Source: Candidatus Saccharimonadota bacterium
Lineage (GTDB): Archaea; Nanohalarchaeota; Nanosalinia; Nanosalinales; Nanosalinaceae
Assembly: GCF_047555085.1 (NCBI RefSeq)
Contig: NZ_CP180230.1
Span: 1-32,000 of the forward strand
Length of the DNA stretch: 32,000 nucleotides
Direction of reading: 5' to 3'
The notes under the pieces were generated by a model. That model searched no databases and had not been told where the DNA came from. It was given only the letters and a program-made list of their open reading frames with translations. A program made the translations under genes and the position numbers. Below, one piece after another: positions 16,475-25,343 of this stretch; the stretch's first letter is position 1, and each line of letters opens with the position of its first letter.

Positions 16475-17743
16475 ATGACAGGACTGATTGGCTGGTGGCC
16501 TCTACACGAAAACTCAGGATCAACAGCTCATGATCTTTCAGGAAACGATAATCATGGATCTTCTAACGGTGTTAATCCTGGTGTAGCAGGGAAGGGAGGC
16601 CTTACAGGCTACAGCTTCGACGGAGCTGGCGATTATGTTGATCTTAATCGTTTCGGCACGACTTTTACTTCCCTCTCTATATCTGCCTGGGTGAACGTAT
16701 CCGATAAGTCTTCTACAGGACAGATTCTGAGAGATTATTCAGATAATAGCTTTACTTTACGTACCAACAGCGGTGAAATCGAGTTCGGTATGAATTCCGA
16801 CAGTTCGGCTTTCACATCAGTAACACACGCCATCAGCAATGATACGTGGTATCATGTCGTGGCCACATGGGATGGAAGCCAGATAGAACTGTATATTAAC
16901 GGAGAGAAGAAAGATACTGCTTCATGGAGTGATGCACATGCATGGGATACAAACAGAAATCCATCCATAGGCTACAAGCCCTACAACTCGTCCCAGTACT
17001 ACAACGGCAAGGCCTCCAGCATCAGACTGTATGATCGTGCCTTAACTCCTTCTGAGATCCAGGAACTGTATGAATGGGGATCCGGTGATTATGTGAGGCC
17101 TCCGGCTGAAAGTGATTCTGGAGTTTCTCGCTGGAGTTTTGACGGCGATGTAACTGATTCATGGGGATCAAGGGATGGAACAGATAATACAAGTGCAGGA
17201 TTCTCTTCAGATTCTGTGAGAGGCCAGTCAAAGTCATTTGACGGAAGCGATGACTTTGTGGATATAGGTAGTCTGGGTGTCAGCAGAGGCGATCCTGTAA
17301 CTGTCAATCTATGGATAAAGAAGAAGGGAGATATAACAACTTCAGAAGATCAGACTATTTTTGCATCTGAAAAAAGCAATCCCTCCAATGGAAGACTGTA
17401 TATAGAGGCCGACAACGATAGATACCAGTTCTACGTCAATAGCGGGATAATAAGATCAACCAGTTCTTTCAATTATTCCTGGAATATGCACACCTTTGTC
17501 TGCGATGGCAGCACAACCAGTTATTACATCAATAACGTATTTCAGGAAAGCATAGCTGATGATTTCTCTATACCTGATCTTGTTCTAGGCCAGGATAGTG
17601 ACACGAGATTTTTCGAAGGAAAAGTCGATGATCTAAGGATATACAGCCGAAATATTACGCGTCAAGAGATATCTGAGCTCTACAGGTACGGCACCAGAGG
17701 CCGCGATATGAGAAAATTTACAGTGAATAGCAGAGGCCTCTGA
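16475..17743 (+). CDS. Tandem LamG / concanavalin-A-like lectin domain protein (2 domains)
   Basis: 422 aa. There are two modules, each starting W(P/S)(L/F)...D.(S/W)G...G and FDG..D(Y/F)V and ending with IRLYDRALTPSEIQELY or LRIYSRNITRQEISELY, which are hallmarks of Laminin_G_3 domains. It is a paralog of 26096-27442. Confidence 0.85.
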   Translation: MTGLIGWWPLHENSGSTAHDLSGNDNHGSSNGVNPGVAGKGGLTGYSFDGAGDYVDLNRFGTTFTSLSISAWVNVSDKSSTGQILRDYSDNSFTLRTNSGEIEFGMNSDSSAFTSVTHAISNDTWYHVVATWDGSQIELYINGEKKDTASWSDAHAWDTNRNPSIGYKPYNSSQYYNGKASSIRLYDRALTPSEIQELYEWGSGDYVRPPAESDSGVSRWSFDGDVTDSWGSRDGTDNTSAGFSSDSVRGQSKSFDGSDDFVDIGSLGVSRGDPVTVNLWIKKKGDITTSEDQTIFASEKSNPSNGRLYIEADNDRYQFYVNSGIIRSTSSFNYSWNMHTFVCDGSTTSYYINNVFQESIADDFSIPDLVLGQDSDTRFFEGKVDDLRIYSRNITRQEISELYRYGTRGRDMRKFTVNSRGL

Positions 17744-17917
17744 ATTTTTCTGTAAAAAACTGTAAAATTTTCAGGCCGTGTAGAGGCCTTGAACACCGTT
17801 TTTACCACGGGTGTTGAACAAAACCTGTTTTAGAGGCCTGAATGGTACTGTTTTCTGCCTTTAACCCCCGTACCTATAAAAAAGAGGACTGACAATACCT
17901 TATTGGAGGATTTCACA

Positions 17918-18085
17918 ATGGTAGATGTACTTAAGAAGTCTGGCGTCCGTGACGCAGCTGATGGAGTCAACGTTGGCTCCGATTTCTACGATGCTCTAGA
18001 TGACGAGGTAAAGGATCTTGTCGAGAGAGCTGTAGAAAGAGCTCAGGAAAACGGACGAAAGACTGTAAAGGCAAGAGATGTATAA
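17918..18085 (+). CDS. Small histone-fold-like protein (DUF1931-like)
   Basis: 55 aa from the ATG at 17918; the ORF track starts at an upstream TTG (17903). GGAGG lies 8 nt upstream of the ATG. The stretch VGSDFYDALDDEVKDLVERAVERAQENGRKTVKARDV resembles DUF1931/histone-fold small archaeal proteins. Confidence 0.65.
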   Translation: MVDVLKKSGVRDAADGVNVGSDFYDALDDEVKDLVERAVERAQENGRKTVKARDV

Positions 18086-18116
18086 TCTCAGGTCTTTAAA
18101 CAGTCAAAACATACCT

Positions 18117-18135
18117 TAATTTTTTCTTTTTCTCC
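18117..18135 (+). terminator. Oligo-T tract after the histone-fold gene
   Basis: TAATTTTTTCTTTTTCTCC lies in the 57-nt gap between convergent genes. Confidence 0.35.
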
Positions 18136-18142
18136 TTCATTT

Positions 18143-19480
18143 TCACTCAAGATCTGCTATAAACTCTCTTACTTCAGAAATATTTTCCTCGCTTATATTT
18201 TCTCCTTCCAGAGTCACACGTATCAATTCTTCTGATCCGCTGGGCCTTAGAAGAGCCGTGAAGTCCTCGAAATCCAGTTTCAATGCGTTAAATTTTTCGT
18301 GGATTATCAGGCCTCTGGCATTGGCTTTCTCTCTGATTCTAAGCATTAAATCGTTCTTCTCTTCAACACTGGAGTTGAATTTTTCTGTGTCATACTTCTC
18401 CAGATCATGGATAATCTCCGAGAAGCTTTCATCTTTCTCTGATATCAGGCCTGATACAAGAAGTGCGAAAAGACTCCCTGAATCATACGGTACAAATTCC
18501 GAATCCATTAAATGGCCGTTGGGCTGTCCTCCAAAAGTTATATTTTCTTCAAGAGATTTGAGTGCTGTAAATACTGCTCCTACTGGAGCATAACTTATTT
18601 CTCCATCGTTGCTCTCTACAGTGTCTTTTACTGTTCGGCCTGCGTTGACTGAGGCGACTATCTTCTCGGAGACCTCCAGATACTTTTCTGACAGGAGGGC
18701 GAGCGATGTGTCGCCGTCCACAAAGTTTCCGTTCTCGTCTACAAACATGACACGATCAGCATCACCATCAAATATAACGCCGATATCAGCTTCTTCTTCC
18801 AGTACTTTTTCCTGCAACATTTCTGAAGATTTTTCTGAAGGCTCAGGAGAGTGAGCAGAGAAATCAGGATCAAAACTGTCGTTAATTACTTTAACTTCAG
18901 CTCCAAGCTCTCTCAGTGCGTCAGGTGCCGCCAGGCATCCAACGCTGTTGGAGCAGTCGACTATTACTTCAAGGCCTGAAAGATCTTTATCGAAAAGTTC
19001 CCTGTAACGTGAAACAAGACCTTCAATGTACTCTCCCAGAAGATTTTCCTCGCTGAGTTCTCCGTAGCTTTCGGCGGAGGCCTTTTCCCTCATGTAGATC
19101 TTTTTGATCTCCGCCATCTCGGCGTTACTGAGTATCCTTCCTTCAGAATTTATCGGCTTGAAGCCGCCGTAACTTGGAGGCATGTGAGATGCTGTTATTT
19201 GTACTGCGGCATCAAAATCTTTCCTCGCAAGATAAGCTGTCATATCTGTAGTTGCAAGGCCTGTAGCAGTGACATCACATCCCTGACTTAACAGGCCTGA
19301 TATCATGGCATTGTAGAAAGCAGGCGAGCTTTCTCTGATGTCTCTGCCGACTAGAATATTGCCTGAATCCCAGTAAAAGCCTAAAGCCTTTCCCAGCTGG
19401 AAAACTAGCTCTGAATCGATCTCTTCCGGAGCTTCTCCTCTTATATCGTATCTCTGAAAGACTTCAGGCCTTGCTCTCAT
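18143..19480 (-). CDS. Phosphoglucomutase/phosphomannomutase family phosphohexomutase
   Basis: 445 aa. It has the active-site serine loop TASHMPPSYGGFK, the metal loop GVIFDGDADR and a C-terminal RPSGSE phosphate-binding loop. Confidence 0.9.
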   Translation of the reverse strand: MRARPEVFQRYDIRGEAPEEIDSELVFQLGKALGFYWDSGNILVGRDIRESSPAFYNAMISGLLSQGCDVTATGLATTDMTAYLARKDFDAAVQITASHMPPSYGGFKPINSEGRILSNAEMAEIKKIYMREKASAESYGELSEENLLGEYIEGLVSRYRELFDKDLSGLEVIVDCSNSVGCLAAPDALRELGAEVKVINDSFDPDFSAHSPEPSEKSSEMLQEKVLEEEADIGVIFDGDADRVMFVDENGNFVDGDTSLALLSEKYLEVSEKIVASVNAGRTVKDTVESNDGEISYAPVGAVFTALKSLEENITFGGQPNGHLMDSEFVPYDSGSLFALLVSGLISEKDESFSEIIHDLEKYDTEKFNSSVEEKNDLMLRIREKANARGLIIHEKFNALKLDFEDFTALLRPSGSEELIRVTLEGENISEENISEVREFIADLE

Positions 19481-19490
19481 CTTTCTAGCT

Positions 19491-20699
19491 CTACTCTCTG
19501 CTTGAAAGCTCTCTGATCAGGTTTTTCTGGGCCTTGATGTAGCCATTCGGAAGATAATCTTCACGTCTATCCATCATTCTTTCAGCATGTGTGGTTGCTT
19601 TCTCCGGGATGTAGTCGTCTTCGCTGCCAGGATTCTGCCATGTGAAAGGATTCACGTTCGAAGTAACTTTTCCGGCGATCTTGGCTACAGGCCCGATCTG
19701 TTTGCCTGTGTAAATCCCGGTCTGTATATCAGTCTTTGTGTGATCTGCTATGCTGGCTCCTACTTTCAATCCAGCATCTGTGCTGCCTTCCACAGGGTGT
19801 TCGACTGTTACATCGCCGTAAGTATTCTTCAGATCGGAGTTTGTTGTCCCTGCTCCGAAGTTCACCCAGCTACCTACTACTGCATGTCCCAGGAATCCAT
19901 AGTGATACTTGTTCGTAAAGCTGCTCATTACAGCATCTTCGAACTCTCCGCCTGCTCTGGCGACGTCTCCGATATGAGTATTCTCGTGTATAACGGCGTT
20001 TTCGCCTGCCCCGACTTTTGTATCTATTCCAATATATACAGGGCCTTCAATACGGGAGTTAGGCCAGACGCGTGTGCCTGAGCCGATGTATACAGGGCCT
20101 TCAGAGGTATCGATAGTTGCATTGGCATCTATCTCTGCATCTTCTCCAATGTACAGGCCTCCATCTCCGATAATTTCTGCCTCCGGATTTATCTCGCCTT
20201 TAACCTCTTCTCCCGGGAAGCTATCTCTGATCAAATCTCCGTTGTGCTCGACTATATCCCAGGGATACTCAAGTATAACAGGCTCCTCATCGATTTCAGT
20301 CCTTTCGAACTCTTCCACAAACTCCTCGATATCTTCAAAATTGGGATATCTGTCTGTTACGCCAGCGATGAAAGTATCTTCGTAGTAGAGGCCTTCACCA
20401 CTCTCTAGATCTTCAACACCGCTCCTGATAACCTCATTTGGTACGACAGTGGAGTTATAGAGCAGAAATTCGCTTTCAGGTATAGAATTAACTTCTCTTT
20501 CCAGATCGTACAGCTCGGTGTTTCTCTCGGTGATTTCCTCAAGATACTCTGGTACCAGAACGCTTAGCTCGCTGGAGTTGAGGCCTCTTTCGATATGCTC
20601 AAATAATGTTGATCCTCCGACTTCAATATCGGTACTGCTTCTTGTATAAGTCAGAGGCTTCATCGAATCGTGCCCAAGATCGGCAATAACGGTTCTCAT
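19491..20699 (-). CDS. Sugar nucleotidyltransferase-like protein with left-handed beta-helix (non-canonical GlmU-like)
   Basis: 402 aa. The N-terminus MKPLTYTRSSTDIEVGGSTLFEHIE lacks the GxGTR signature. The C-terminal half is made of hexapeptide repeats (IGEDAEIDANATI, IGSGTRVWPNSRI, IGIDTKVGAGENAVI). Confidence 0.7.
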   Translation of the reverse strand: MRTVIADLGHDSMKPLTYTRSSTDIEVGGSTLFEHIERGLNSSELSVLVPEYLEEITERNTELYDLEREVNSIPESEFLLYNSTVVPNEVIRSGVEDLESGEGLYYEDTFIAGVTDRYPNFEDIEEFVEEFERTEIDEEPVILEYPWDIVEHNGDLIRDSFPGEEVKGEINPEAEIIGDGGLYIGEDAEIDANATIDTSEGPVYIGSGTRVWPNSRIEGPVYIGIDTKVGAGENAVIHENTHIGDVARAGGEFEDAVMSSFTNKYHYGFLGHAVVGSWVNFGAGTTNSDLKNTYGDVTVEHPVEGSTDAGLKVGASIADHTKTDIQTGIYTGKQIGPVAKIAGKVTSNVNPFTWQNPGSEDDYIPEKATTHAERMMDRREDYLPNGYIKAQKNLIRELSSRE

Positions 20700-20711
20700 A
20701 CGTCTTTCACT

Positions 20712-20969
20712 TCAGAATTCTTCTTTACGTCTTTCAGATTCCATGAAGAACTGTTCGGCCTCTTCAAGAGCCTCACGGAGCTGTTCAACAGTCTCCTGAT
20801 TCTCAATAGTTATACGCCCCAGATCATTGTCGTTGATCTCTATAACAATCTTCCCGTCATCTTCAGCTTTTGTAGTATACTTCAGGATCTCCTCAGGTCC
20901 TGTCTTGAATTCATGAAGTTTCTCCGACATACAAGAAAAATTCCCGCCTAGAGTTAAATTATCTTCCAC
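20712..20969 (-). CDS. Small hypothetical protein within the sugar operon
   Basis: 85-aa ORF with a GTG start abutting the upstream stop. An alternative ATG at 20930 would give 73 aa. No recognisable family. Confidence 0.45.
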   Translation of the reverse strand: MEDNLTLGGNFSCMSEKLHEFKTGPEEILKYTTKAEDDGKIVIEINDNDLGRITIENQETVEQLREALEEAEQFFMESERRKEEF

Positions 20970-21461
20970 TCAGGCCTCTCCGAACTCATTCTTTACAGCT
21001 TCGACCACGTAATCAAGACTTCTTTCCGATCGATCGAAGACAATACCAGGAACAGATACTCTTTCTATCTCCTCCTCTCTATCATCCACGAGAAAATCTA
21101 TGTCTATCTCATCCTTGTCTTCGTCTTCCACGATAAAGTATCCATCAACATGCTCAAGCGCTCCTGACTCCGCGATTTTTCTCTCCTGAAAATACGGATC
21201 ACCACGACTAACAATCATCAACTGGAAATCATCACGTAGCTCCTCCAAGGCCTCTATGTCATCGTACAGAAATCTATCGGCATGTTCCAGGGCCTGAAAG
21301 ATCTTTTTCACGCCTACTTCAAGATTATCAGCATGTAAATCCGGATCATAATTCCCTTCCTTCGGGTACTCCTCCAGAAAACCAGGTATCTCGCTGTCAA
21401 GAAAATCTTTGAACCGATCTGTCTCAAAGAGAACACGATCAAAATCCAGGCCTATAATCAT
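20970..21461 (-). CDS. HAD-like hydrolase (putative sugar-phosphate phosphatase)
   Basis: 163 aa. Motif I is GLDFDRVLF (DxDxV), motif II IVSRG, and an acidic motif IV FLVDDREEE is present. Its start codon directly abuts the stop of the upstream nucleotidyltransferase. Confidence 0.7.
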   Translation of the reverse strand: MIIGLDFDRVLFETDRFKDFLDSEIPGFLEEYPKEGNYDPDLHADNLEVGVKKIFQALEHADRFLYDDIEALEELRDDFQLMIVSRGDPYFQERKIAESGALEHVDGYFIVEDEDKDEIDIDFLVDDREEEIERVSVPGIVFDRSERSLDYVVEAVKNEFGEA

Positions 21462-22397
21462 CTACTCTTCACCTATTATCTCTGTCTCAGAGTTTCTGGA
21501 GGTCTTTTCAACTTTCCTGCCCTCTCTCAGAATAATGTTTTCCACATCAGCCTCTGCTTCACTGTTATTCATAATCACTGAATCCTTTACATCTCCCTGA
21601 ACTTTTGCGCCTTCCAGTACAGCAGAATCAGAGATCTTCGAGCCTTCTCCGATCTTTGCGTTATCTCCGACAAAGACATCTCCCTCAAGCTGTACGTCAT
21701 CGGCTACATCTGCAGTTTCAGCGACTTCAATACCATCAGTGACCTCCTGAGAGGCCTCGACAAGCTGGAAAGGATAGCTGCACGGCAGCCATTTATCCGC
21801 CTCAACGAACTCGACTTCGTGATCGATCAGGTACTCATTCACAGCATCAGTTATCTCGTACTCTCCTCGCTCCGATTTCTCCACGTTTTCCAGCAGATTG
21901 AAAAATTCTGGCTGCACCACGTAGAAACCGATGTTCACAAGATTTGAAGGCGGATTCTCCGGCTTCTCCACAAGGCCTGAAATTTTCCCATCTTCAAGCT
22001 CGAAGACACCGAATTTCTCTGGTTCATCAGCTCTCGATGCCAGTACCGCAGAGTCGTATCTCAAGGCATCTACAGCTTTCTCGCCGTAGATATCATCCCC
22101 GTTCATGACGACAGTTTTTCCATCGATGAACTCTTTCGCCTGTAAAGCTGCGTGTGCTGTTCCCAGGGCCTGTTCCTGTTCAACTATTTTTATATCCGAT
22201 CTATCGGAGAATTTTTTCTCTAACTCGTCGATCATGTATCCGCCGACGACTATTATCTCGTCGACTTCGTCCTTGATCAACTCGATGTTGTGTTCGATTA
22301 TAGTTTTCCCTGCGACAGGTAAAAGAGGCTTCGGGGTATCATCGGTAAGAGGCCTCATACGCGTGCCTTTTCCGGCGGCAAGAATCACTGCTTTCAT
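21462..22397 (-). CDS. Sugar-1-phosphate nucleotidyltransferase (canonical signature) with short beta-helix tail
   Basis: 311 aa. MKAVILAAGKGTRMRPLTDDTPKPLLPV is a textbook pyrophosphorylase G-x-G-T-R motif. A GTAHAL block and C-terminal hexapeptide-like repeats are also present. Confidence 0.9.
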   Translation of the reverse strand: MKAVILAAGKGTRMRPLTDDTPKPLLPVAGKTIIEHNIELIKDEVDEIIVVGGYMIDELEKKFSDRSDIKIVEQEQALGTAHAALQAKEFIDGKTVVMNGDDIYGEKAVDALRYDSAVLASRADEPEKFGVFELEDGKISGLVEKPENPPSNLVNIGFYVVQPEFFNLLENVEKSERGEYEITDAVNEYLIDHEVEFVEADKWLPCSYPFQLVEASQEVTDGIEVAETADVADDVQLEGDVFVGDNAKIGEGSKISDSAVLEGAKVQGDVKDSVIMNNSEAEADVENIILREGRKVEKTSRNSETEIIGEE

Positions 22398-22457
22398 AGT
22401 ACAGTTTTTTCAGGCGTTCAGTTTTATGTTTAATTTCTATCTCAGGCCTCTAAGTTT

Positions 22458-23561
22458 TTACTTGCTGATCTCGGAAAGATCTGTTCTTGCATCAGGCACG
22501 AACTTTACTCCACGAATCGAGTTATTCATCTCTATATAGCTGCGTGCTCCGATAAAAGACTCTCTTATCACGGATCCTGAGCGTAAATCACATTCCTCTG
22601 CAAATATACACGACTCTACAGATACACCGGAATCCATGATGCCATCCTCAAACACTATAGAATCTATAACTGAATCACAGGCCACAACATTATTCGCAGA
22701 TACTGAAGAATTTTTCACATGAGCATTTGGACCTACCCGAGCATTTTCACCTATATAGACGTCGCCCTCGAGGACTGCTCCAGGCTTCAACACTGCGCCT
22801 TCATCTATAATAGCGTTGCCGAGTACTGAGGCCTCTTCGTGGACATCAGCACCTTCACGTATTTCTACATCATTTATTTCGTACTCTCTTTTCACTTGAT
22901 CGGCCTTGAGAAGCTTTTTCGGGCCTCCGACATCGATCCAGTAATCTTCTATAAGCTCGAAAGTAGCCTCGTCCTCGTCTATAAACTCTCTGACTGCATC
23001 GGTCAAAGCTTTTTCCTCACCTTCAAGATTTTTCACAACATCCATTATTTCGGGCCTGAAAGCATAGATGCCGGTGTTAACGAGAACGTTGTCGGGATTC
23101 TCCGGCTTTTCCTCGAGTGAATTGACTTGGTCGTTTGTAATACTTAAAACGCCGAATTTCTCTGGGTTGTCCTCTCCAGCGGCCAGTACCGAGGCCTTTG
23201 AATCCGTCTGCTCAAATTTTTTCCTCAAATTTTCAAGATCTCGCTGTGAGACAGCTACATCTCCGTTGACAACGAAGAAATCTTCCTCTATGTCTCCACA
23301 GGCCTCTAGAGCTCCTGCGGTGCCGTTAAGTTCTTCCTGTACAACTACTTGCACGTCGTCGTCTTCTGCGTATTCTTCCTCGAAGTCTTCTTTCATGTGA
23401 TTCGCTACTATGAAGAATTCGTCGACGCCTATAGCTCTCAGATCCTCGACTATATGGCGTGTAAGAGGCTTTCCCATAACAGGCATGAGGCCTGTAGGCT
23501 TTGTCTCTGAGAAAGGGAACATCGAATCCTTTTTTACTGCACACGGTATAACGGCTTTCAT
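22458..23561 (-). CDS. Nucleotidyltransferase/beta-helix paralog with degenerate NTP-binding signature
   Basis: 367 aa. It has the same fold pattern as 21462-22397 (ETKPTGLMPVMGKPL, NGTAGALEA, EKPENP, hexapeptide repeats). The GxGTR loop, however, reads IPCAVKKDSMF. Confidence 0.75.
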   Translation of the reverse strand: MKAVIPCAVKKDSMFPFSETKPTGLMPVMGKPLTRHIVEDLRAIGVDEFFIVANHMKEDFEEEYAEDDDVQVVVQEELNGTAGALEACGDIEEDFFVVNGDVAVSQRDLENLRKKFEQTDSKASVLAAGEDNPEKFGVLSITNDQVNSLEEKPENPDNVLVNTGIYAFRPEIMDVVKNLEGEEKALTDAVREFIDEDEATFELIEDYWIDVGGPKKLLKADQVKREYEINDVEIREGADVHEEASVLGNAIIDEGAVLKPGAVLEGDVYIGENARVGPNAHVKNSSVSANNVVACDSVIDSIVFEDGIMDSGVSVESCIFAEECDLRSGSVIRESFIGARSYIEMNNSIRGVKFVPDARTDLSEISK

Positions 23562-24817
23562 CCTGCTATACGTTCACTTTCTTCATTTTCAAGTATCTTT
23601 CCATCACGAATCCTCAGTTTCTCAAGGCGCTCATTGCTTATTTCCAGCACCTCAGAGTAATTTTTCCCTTCAACTGCGGCATCCCGTACATCAAAAATCG
23701 CGTTCATAAACACGTCCGTCTCCTTTTCAGTAATTTCTCTTTCATGTATCCCGGCCGCTTCAAACACAGTATTTTCCAGCATCCTGTACAGTTGATCATG
23801 CATAAAATCTCTTGTGGCGATTTCTCCCCTGGAATCCAGATCATAAAGCTTTTTTTCCAGCATATCTCCGGCCAGATTCCTTGAGCCCTCCACAACAAAG
23901 AAACGGGCCTCTTCGTCTACAAAGGCCTCTCCATCGTCCTCTACATAATCTCTGTCGATGACATGTTCGCCTGTGATCTTTCTTATTCTTGAGGCCTCTT
24001 CTGCGGCTTTGTCGCTGATGCCCAGCCAGCTTGAATTTAACTCGATGGATACGTCCTCAAAGCTGAATTCTGCGTGTGTCATGCCTGTCGCTGCATCCTC
24101 GAGATCGTACGTGTAGCCGCCTTTGAGGCCTAGAAGCTTCTCTGATCCGAAATTTTTCGGAACGAAAAACTCTGCATCTACGTCTTCAATTTCAAGTCCA
24201 TAATCTCCTGTAGAGGCCTCCAGAAAGTCAAGAACGTACGCTTCGTGAATCATCTTATCCAGTATATCTCCGCCGAGTACCCCTATACGGTTTACAGGAT
24301 CTATTATTTTTTCCAGGCCCATACAGCTTTCTCTGAATACTTTAATCGAGTCTATATCTTCGTCTTTAACTATTTCAAGAGTTTTTTTGACTACGGGGCT
24401 TTCTCTCTCGATAAAATCGACTGAGAACGTAACATCTTCGTTTTCAGCCAGCTTTTTTTCTGAAATATGTTCCTCACGACTCATGGAACTCGGCTTCTCA
24501 GTCAGATGGTGGAAGCCGTGCCTCAGTGACTCGTAGATATTGTCCGGATGGATGTCCGAAGGCCCTGCATCGTAGACAAGGACGTTTTCTCCCGAGGCCT
24601 CTTCATACATTTCATCTTTGTCGGCGAATGTTTCAGTCTCGATTCTGTGCTGCCTGGCAAATTTCTCCGCGGCCTCTAATTTTTCCCGATCTGTATCACA
24701 GATGCCTCCGATCTCAACGTTAACTTCCTCCATGTGGTTCGCCATGTCAACAAATTTCTCGAATCCGTGGCGTCCGAAGTCTCCCAGCCCTATCTGATAA
24801 ATTTTTACAGTCTTCAC
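23558..24817 (-). CDS. Gfo/Idh/MocA-like NAD(P)-dependent oxidoreductase
   Basis: 419 aa with a GTG start. An N-terminal Rossmann-like stretch VKIYQIGLGDFGRHG is followed by an EKP-type motif (HLTEKP). It overlaps the downstream gene by 4 nt. Confidence 0.55.
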   Translation of the reverse strand: MKTVKIYQIGLGDFGRHGFEKFVDMANHMEEVNVEIGGICDTDREKLEAAEKFARQHRIETETFADKDEMYEEASGENVLVYDAGPSDIHPDNIYESLRHGFHHLTEKPSSMSREEHISEKKLAENEDVTFSVDFIERESPVVKKTLEIVKDEDIDSIKVFRESCMGLEKIIDPVNRIGVLGGDILDKMIHEAYVLDFLEASTGDYGLEIEDVDAEFFVPKNFGSEKLLGLKGGYTYDLEDAATGMTHAEFSFEDVSIELNSSWLGISDKAAEEASRIRKITGEHVIDRDYVEDDGEAFVDEEARFFVVEGSRNLAGDMLEKKLYDLDSRGEIATRDFMHDQLYRMLENTVFEAAGIHEREITEKETDVFMNAIFDVRDAAVEGKNYSEVLEISNERLEKLRIRDGKILENEESERIAG

Positions 24818-24842
24818 GTCTCAGAAATTTGTTCTGCTCCGG

Positions 24843-24878
24843 TTTAAAATCTCCCTTCGTCAGAGACAACAATAAAAA
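24843..24878. promoter_or_regulatory. Divergent promoter region (sugar operon on the minus strand, RHH gene on the plus strand)
   Basis: The reverse complement of GGTTTAAAAT gives ATTTTAAACC about 26 nt upstream of the GTG at 24817. AATAAAAA (24871-24878) lies about 30 nt upstream of the ATG at 24908. Confidence 0.4.
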
Positions 24879-24907
24879 GATTCTCAATTTACTATTTGTT
24901 GGTAACA

Positions 24908-25312
24908 ATGGCCGAGAAGAACAAGACGATATCTTTCAGAGTACAGGAACAACAGTTCGATGAAATGAAGGATATTGCTGAAGATCTCGATACCTCTGTC
25001 TCGAAGCTGATGAGAGATCACGTAGAAGGAATGGCGGACGATCCGCTGTACAGAGAAGTACATATGGAGTTCTACGACGATGACAGAGACTTCGAGGCCT
25101 TTGTGGATGATGAAGACTACTTCGATACCGAATGGGTAGATCAGACGGCTGTCGACTACGATAAAATGCTTGAAAAGTTCCATGAAGTCAAGTACAGGGC
25201 TGAAAGACAGGAAATGGATGAAGCCTACAGGATAATCGATGAAATGAAGGAAGAAGGATTCGAAAGAGAGGCATTCCTGCTTAACTCCATAACTGCCCAG
25301 TACAGAGAATAG
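24908..25312 (+). CDS. Ribbon-helix-helix (CopG/Arc-like) domain protein with acidic tail
   Basis: 134 aa from the ATG at 24908; the ORF track begins at TTG 24896. KTISFRVQEQQFDEMKDIAEDLDTSVSKLMRDHV fits a beta-alpha-alpha RHH. It is divergent from the sugar operon. Confidence 0.5.
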   Translation: MAEKNKTISFRVQEQQFDEMKDIAEDLDTSVSKLMRDHVEGMADDPLYREVHMEFYDDDRDFEAFVDDEDYFDTEWVDQTAVDYDKMLEKFHEVKYRAERQEMDEAYRIIDEMKEEGFEREAFLLNSITAQYRE

Positions 25313-25343
25313 ATTAAAGTATACACCTGTACAAAATTTCTTT

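Noticed and set aside
16365-17754. Identical 12-mer AATTTTTCTGTA on both sides of the first LamG gene (16365-16376 and 17743-17754), a possible target-site duplication or mobile cassette boundary
   Set aside because: The core AATTTTTCTG also occurs at 12821-12830, between convergent dnaG and the acidic protein gene. All three copies are in AT-rich 3' or 5' spacers. It looks like a recurrent oligo-T terminator or spacer motif rather than an insertion scar, and there are no inverted terminal repeats or integrase nearby.
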